Source: Armatimonadota bacterium
GTDB taxonomy: Bacteria > Armatimonadota > Armatimonadia > Armatimonadales > Armatimonadaceae
Assembly (NCBI GenBank): GCA_043754515.1
Contig: JAYUUO010000119.1
Location: 1-12,741 of the forward strand
Length of the DNA stretch: 12,741 nucleotides
Direction of reading: 5' to 3'
Shown here piece by piece: positions 8,070-12,741 of this stretch. How positions within the stretch are numbered: position 1 is the stretch's first letter; every line of letters starts with the position of its first letter. The notes under the pieces were generated by a model. The model was given only the letters and a program-made list of their open reading frames with translations. It did not search any database and was not told the origin of the DNA. A program made the translations under genes and the position numbers.

Positions 8070-8591
8070 TTAGCAATCGCAGTTAAATAGAACTCTTTTC
8101 AGACGGTCGTAGGTATCCTGTGATCCTACGCCACCGTAATAGGTGTTGTCTTCGGGGTTGTACCCCTGGCTCCAATGCTTCCACTCGTTCTTAGTACTGA
8201 TGTCAAAGTGGAAGTCACGATTCGCTGCGAATAAAAGCCCGTCTGATCCTTCGTAGGATGCGTCGCCACCAGTGAAGTTGCCGTTCCACTCGTCGCCGGA
8301 GTCGGAACTCATGATGTCACAGACAAATGCCGTATATCCGACTGCATAAAACCTGAACTCTCCGTTTACTATCGTGCAACTCCCCCGTTTGATTTCAGCG
8401 AATTGGAACGCTTTGTACAGGAGGCCGTTCGAGACGAGATCGGCGCCGATCGGGTAGCCAGATACCGCGACAAGTGCTCTGCTGTCCGATTCCGTGAGAC
8501 GCACCTCGCGAGTCAGGGACAGTATAGTACCGTGCTTACACGGCGAAGATTTCAGTTGTTTCTCCAGGGAATCCTCTTCGAGAGTGGTCAT
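8070..8591 (-). CDS. Hypothetical protein, 173 aa (C-terminal pattern recalls DUF6294-type proteins, unverified)
   Basis: RBS GGAAGGA upstream of ATG; open frame in lower-GC DNA; pattern F.F.EI..G.CT ... SSD..D.W ... terminal Cys. Confidence 0.65.
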   Translation of the reverse strand: MTTLEEDSLEKQLKSSPCKHGTILSLTREVRLTESDSRALVAVSGYPIGADLVSNGLLYKAFQFAEIKRGSCTIVNGEFRFYAVGYTAFVCDIMSSDSGDEWNGNFTGGDASYEGSDGLLFAANRDFHFDISTKNEWKHWSQGYNPEDNTYYGGVGSQDTYDRLKRVLFNCDC

Positions 8592-8699
8592 GCTGTTAAT
8601 CCTTCCGCGCCAACCAGAGTGGCAAAGTCTCGTCCATTTGCTAGCACCGGAAAATGTTACTCCAAAGTATTTCTTCTGTCAAACACGCCCCGTCCTGGT

Positions 8700-9018
8700 G
8701 CAAGTGCCATTCGTCGGGTGGTAGAAGTCAATCCTGCCACCCATGGAACATGGGTACCCGCAAGCCAAACGTGTTCCCGCTGTGGGAACATTGCTAAAAA
8801 ACCGTTGAAAGAGCGTTGGCACTATGCGAAAAGACCCTAAAGGTCTTTTGCGCGACTGTCCGATTTGCTTTTTGTCTTTGGACAGAGACACTAACGCTTC
8901 GTTCAACATATTGTAAGCCGCGCAAGGTTACTGTGAAGCAAAAACCGCTGTGGGAACACACAGCGTTGTCGCTATAGCGGCATAGAAGCCACGGGGCTTG
9001 TCCCCGGGGAGTGTTCAC
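8700..9018 (+). mobile_element. tnpB: IS200/IS605-family remnant: TnpB C-terminal zinc ribbon/RuvC-III pseudogene plus right end
   Basis: ASAIRRVVEVNPA..SQTCSRCGNIAKKPLKERWH, then after a frameshift DCPICFLSLDRDTNASFNIL. Right end is GAAGCCACGGGGCTTGTCCCCGGGGAGTGTTCAC (subterminal hairpin plus TCAC at 9015-9018). Confidence 0.88.
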
Positions 9019-9050
9019 TTGATCAAACCGATGAAGCTACCCATTCTTAA

Positions 9051-9395
9051 CCCACCTTACGCAGTCAGGTTGTGATCGCCCCTCAAATGCCCCGTTACGA
9101 GAGGCATTTTTCAGAGGTATGGCATGCCGAGATTTCTTTTCCCTATTGCCCGTCAACTGAAGTTGCGGGCTCGGTGGTTTCTGCGAAACCGGACGTGCTT
9201 CGCACGAAGCAGGCGTGTCCAAACGAGGGTTTGTGAGCGCATCTCCTCGTGCGAAGCACGTTTGGCGTGGCGCAAATCGGCTCTGCCGATTTCGCAGAAG
9301 CCACTAAGCCCGCTAACTTCAGTTGACGGGGCAAGCAGAAGGAATCATTTGTGATAATGTGATCGTCCTGTTTTAGAGGTATTGCGTAAGGTAAG
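9051..9395. mobile_element. MITE-2: 345-bp IS701-related non-autonomous element with target-site duplication
   Basis: TIRs CCCACCTTACGCA (9051-9063) / TGCGTAAGGTAAG (9383-9395); TTCTTAA at 9044-9050 and 9396-9402. The reverse complement of 9046-9076 matches 635-665 at 29/31. Confidence 0.88.
9146..9334. repeat. REPIN-like long imperfect palindrome nested in MITE-2
   Basis: Outer arms CCCGTCAACTGAAGTTGCGGGCTCGGTGGTTTCTGCGAA / TTCGCAGAAGCCACTAAGCCCGCTAACTTCAGTTGACGGG; inner arms ACGTGCTTCGCACGA / TCGTGCGAAGCACGT; each arm contains its own short hairpin. Confidence 0.8.
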
Positions 9396-9449
9396 TTCTT
9401 AAGATGTTGCGGGGCTTGCCCCGACGAGTATGTCATTTATTGGGGAAGA

Positions 9450-10353
9450 CTATTGTTTTGGATTTTGCTTCTTGCTACCGGGAACACGGAGGAGTTGTTT
9501 TCCCCCCAACTTACTGCCCACTTCAATCACTTGATCGTTTCGCCAATGGGCGGTTTCCCACGAATCCGGCGTTTCCAAAACGACGACGCCTTTTTGCACG
9601 TCGGCAACCCAAAGCGTGCCAACAGGGTTCCGTCCCATCACTAAACGCCCCAATGGACTCCAATACGTCTCCTCTTGCAACGCTTCGGCGATGGTTTCGC
9701 CCTTCCGGTTTATCAAAAGGTCGGGCGGCAGATATTGGTCGCCGTCGCCGTCGCTGTATACGACCACCTGGGGCATATGCATTTCAATTTTGCGCGGCCC
9801 GTTAAATAAAGCAATCTCGCTTAAACACACGTCGTTATCAGGGCTGGGCGCAAACCCAACCAGTTCAATCCGCAGTTTGGTAATGGCTTGCCGGGGCAAA
9901 GCGACCTCGTGCCAGCCCATCTTGTCGCTCAAACGAACGGTCTTCACGGTTTTGCTATGGGCGGCGAAGCTCGTGACGCGCAGTTCCGTGACGCGGTTGT
10001 TGCGCTTGAAAACGTCGCCGTTTTTGTTGTAGCCGTTCATTATGTGGAGGCTGTCCATCACAACCGGGTGTTTCGGCATAAGCAACAAGGCGTATTATTT
10101 CCCGTCCAATGCCTCGTCTACGCTGTCCTACGGCTTGCCTTTGCCACCGCTGAAAACCCACGCGGTTTCGGACCGGTTGTCAAACAAATGGGTGAGCGGA
10201 TAGCCCGTGTGTTTGCGCCCGGTTTGGAAGTTTTCCGACGAATACACTTTCCAATCGCTCCATTCAATGGTCGCGGCGTGTGCGAACCGGTTTATCCCGG
10301 CCCCACCTACTCAGCAAAATGCTCAGGATAAAAAGCGCGATGGTTTTTTGCAT
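9450..10353 (-). pseudogene. Secreted protein pseudogene with discoidin-like/NADase-type glycan-binding domain
   Basis: ATG 10353 MQKTIALFILSILLS (signal peptide), frameshift near 10287-10308, then FAHA-ATIEW..HLFDN.SETAWVFSG. In-frame stops at 10128-10130 and 10095-10097 precede IMNGYNK....F.RNNRV..L and DVCLSEIALF. Confidence 0.75.
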
Positions 10354-10373
10354 TGATTCTCTTCTTTCTTTCA

Positions 10374-11133
10374 CTACGGAAGTTCGTACTCCCATTCTTC
10401 AAACGCTGGGACGGGCAAGTAATCGGAGTCGGCGCAGGAGCGGAGCCATTGCGCGGCCCGTAAATCGCAGTGGGCGGCGTTGAGGGCGCGTTTTCGTGTT
10501 TGAGCAGGGGGAGCAAAGGAGCCGCGTGTTCATACAGTAGTTGGCCCAGCCCGCCCGCCACGTCCCTTCGGGTTTCGGTGTCACGAACAAGCAGAACAAG
10601 GAGTGGGTCAACTGCGGCTTTGTCGCCCCGTATACCCAGCGTTGATTGCCGCGTTTTTTCGTACCTCAATGGCCTCATCGTTCAACGCGGCAATCAACGC
10701 TTCGGTTATTTTTTTGCCCGCTTTTTCTGTCCTATCGCACCTATCCAGTGCCCACGCTGCCGAAGCGCGAACGACTGTATCCGGGTCGCGCAGGGCGGCA
10801 AGTAACGGCAGCCAGACCCGGTTATCGCCCAATAAGCCCAGTGCATCGGTGGCGGTCGCACGTTTGGGCGCGTCGGAGCCGCTTCTGCCGCTCAAATCGG
10901 CGATGAGTTGGGAAATTCCCACTCCAAGGAGTGCCGCAAGGTGCGCTTTGATCTGACGGCGGGCGGGCATATTGGGTGATTGGAAAATGCGCGTCAGGGT
11001 TTGAACAGTTTCGTCGTCGGCAAAAAGGCGCAGGGCGTAAGCCACCGTGATACGCGCTCCGACCTCCAAAACGGGTTCTTCCAGGCCCTGCTGCAAGCCG
11101 CTCAGGGCAGTGCTTTCGGCAGCCGCGGTGGTT
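10374..11133 (-). pseudogene. HEAT/PBS-lyase repeat protein remnant, frameshifted
   Basis: ALGLLGDNRVWLPLLAALRDPDTVVRASAAWAL, ALIAALNDEAIEVRKNAA; after a shift near 10642, LGIRGDKAAVDPLL..L. No credible start codon or RBS. Confidence 0.75.
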
Positions 11134-12465
11134 TCACTGAACTTTTTGCCAGCGCACACTGCCGTAGGTTCCCGCCCCGTCCGCGTGGGCGTAGCTTCCG
11201 CCGCCCGCATAATCTTCCTGATACGTGACCAGATACAGCCGCGCCCATTTTTCCGTGGGCAGTTTGTACAACAGGTAACCGGATTTACGGCGGTACAGCG
11301 GAACGCCCAATGCGTTTTTGGTGATTTCCCACGAACTGTCCACCATCGCGGTTTTCAAAACGCGAGCTTTGGGGTCGTTTTGGGCGACCTGCTTGCGAAG
11401 GCTTGCTTCTAACCCGGCGTCATGGAAAACGTTGGTCGGAAAAGAGTTAAGCGGGGCGCGGGCGTCCACGGCGGCTCTGAGCGCGTCCAGTTTTGTAATC
11501 AGCGGCTGCAAAACGCTGTTGGGCATGGCTTGTCGCCCGCTTTGCTGGTAATCAGCGTCAAGGAGCCGCTTCATTTTTTGCAGATAGACCGCACGGTCGC
11601 CAATCATCTCATCCGCTTCGCGGGCGGGAATAAACTCGCCCGCCTTGATTTTTTTAATCATTTTGTCCATGTCGCCAATCGCCATGTCCAAATCGTGCTG
11701 AACGAGTTCGGGCAGTTCGCTCAGTATAGCTTTTCCGGTCTGCACCATTTCGGGCCGTGCCTGCGCCAGTTTTTGGTTTGCTTCGGCTATGGCTTTTGCG
11801 CCGGTAACGTCGGGGAAGCTCGATTTGTCAATCAAGTCGTTTTTCAAGTCGGGATGCCGCTTCAAAACGCCCTCCAGTTTCGCGGTCGCTATTTCCAGCT
11901 TCGCGACCACCTCAGGCCATTGTTCGTTGGGCACGGGCAGGCGCGTCTCCTGTATCTCGCGGTACGAATCCGATACAAGGCGGCTGTCGTCCGGCAGAAA
12001 AACATCAGGAAGGCTCGTCTTGCGACCCGTGATTTGGCAGCAAATTTCCAGCATTTTGGTCATCAAACCGCTGTAACTCAAGGCGTCCAAGCCTTGTTTT
12101 GCGGCTTGGTTATATTCCTTGCCCCCGTATTTTAAAGCGTTGGGCAATTCCCCCCCACCAATGGGAAACTGGTAGCCAGATTGCCCCGGACTGCGGCGCA
12201 TTTCCCTGTCTTTCAGGGCGGCAATGCTCGTTTCGTAGATAGCGGCTGCCTCGTCGTATTTTTTCTGCCCGAAAAAGCGGTCGGCTTCCAAACTCTTCTT
12301 ATAAATTTGGTAAACCGCTTTTTCGCTTTCCGTTTTGGGTGGCTTGGGCATATATTGCGACCAATGCGCTGTCGCCTTAGTGGGACGCCCGTTCATTCCC
12401 AGCATGCCCAATACGGCGGCAACAAATACCATCCGTGCCATTTCCGCATATTTACTTGTTTTCAT
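11134..12465 (-). CDS. Secreted hypothetical protein, 443 aa (signal peptide, TPR-like helix pair, helical middle, distinct C-terminal domain)
   Basis: RBS GGAGG upstream of ATG 12465; MKTSKY..MVFVAAVLGMLG..ATA signal; EADRFFGQKKYDEAAAIYE TPR-like; C-terminal WEITKNALGVPLYRRK..YQEDYAGGGSY; uninterrupted frame. Confidence 0.8.
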   Translation of the reverse strand: MKTSKYAEMARMVFVAAVLGMLGMNGRPTKATAHWSQYMPKPPKTESEKAVYQIYKKSLEADRFFGQKKYDEAAAIYETSIAALKDREMRRSPGQSGYQFPIGGGELPNALKYGGKEYNQAAKQGLDALSYSGLMTKMLEICCQITGRKTSLPDVFLPDDSRLVSDSYREIQETRLPVPNEQWPEVVAKLEIATAKLEGVLKRHPDLKNDLIDKSSFPDVTGAKAIAEANQKLAQARPEMVQTGKAILSELPELVQHDLDMAIGDMDKMIKKIKAGEFIPAREADEMIGDRAVYLQKMKRLLDADYQQSGRQAMPNSVLQPLITKLDALRAAVDARAPLNSFPTNVFHDAGLEASLRKQVAQNDPKARVLKTAMVDSSWEITKNALGVPLYRRKSGYLLYKLPTEKWARLYLVTYQEDYAGGGSYAHADGAGTYGSVRWQKVQ

Positions 12466-12544
12466 GTTCCATCCCTCCTGCCCATATCTCAATAATGCAC
12501 TGCTTGCCCATCCGCTCGGCGATAAAAAGGCGAACAAAGAAAAG

Positions 12545-12610
12545 TTCCTTATCTTTTTCCCTGAGTAGCGTTAGCAAAGGAGGCACTGCAGTAGCGTCGC
12601 CGATTTCGCT
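12545..12610 (-). pseudogene. Single HEAT-repeat fragment
   Basis: SEIGDATAVPPLLTLLREKDKE resembles the consensus LGEIGD.RAV.PL...L.D.D. Confidence 0.45.
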
Positions 12611-12741
12611 GTAGTGAACCCCATACGCCGGACATGGTTCCATAGTCTGTTTTCGCGGTACTGTACCTGAAGTCCCGATTGTAACAGGCTATACGGTAGC
12701 TAATTTGAATTGAATTTCGCCTTTCTCATCACTCCATCATT

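Noticed and set aside
9019..9023. TTGAT (the ISDra2 target motif) next to the TnpB element
   Set aside because: It lies at the right end, whereas the target motif should abut the left end; a 5-mer is easily chance.
9037..9436. Short ORFs across MITE-2
   Set aside because: They run through TIRs and palindromes and show no protein-like features.
10095..10130. In-frame stops as possible stop-codon recoding
   Set aside because: Two different stops (TAG, TAA) plus a frameshift in the same gene; neighbouring genes end normally at TAG and TAA.
10876..10893. GAGC-C-GC ttct GC-C-GCTC as another hairpin insert in the HEAT remnant
   Set aside because: Weak stem, in frame, and HEAT loops vary in length; cannot be supported without a homologue.
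12466..12537. Longer ORF start for the 11134 gene
   Set aside because: ATG 12465 has a strong RBS and begins a signal peptide.

Overview
Bacterial window with two parts. The GC-rich left part (1504-7521) holds a ManD/RspA-family dehydratase, a Wzt/TagH-like ABC ATPase, two membrane proteins, a truncated phosphoesterase and comEA. It is preceded by a decayed IS701-family element and an xisH/xisI pair. The right part (7522-12741) looks less GC-rich by eye and is largely decaying: an integrase stub, a TnpB/IS605 3' remnant, pseudogenes and two apparently intact hypothetical genes. There are two MITEs with clear terminal inverted repeats (TIRs) and target duplications (5448-5628, 9051-9395); the second shares its end with the IS701 remnant and carries a nested REPIN-like palindrome. 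The most striking signal is a set of tiny (about 18-31 nt) stem-loop segments that interrupt otherwise recognisable protein motifs or break repeat symmetry in the dead DNA. Several share a GCGAA(A)-stem-loop-stem layout, often with a 1-nt bulge. This may be an undescribed family of very small mobile hairpins. All homology calls are from remembered family motifs, not database searches.
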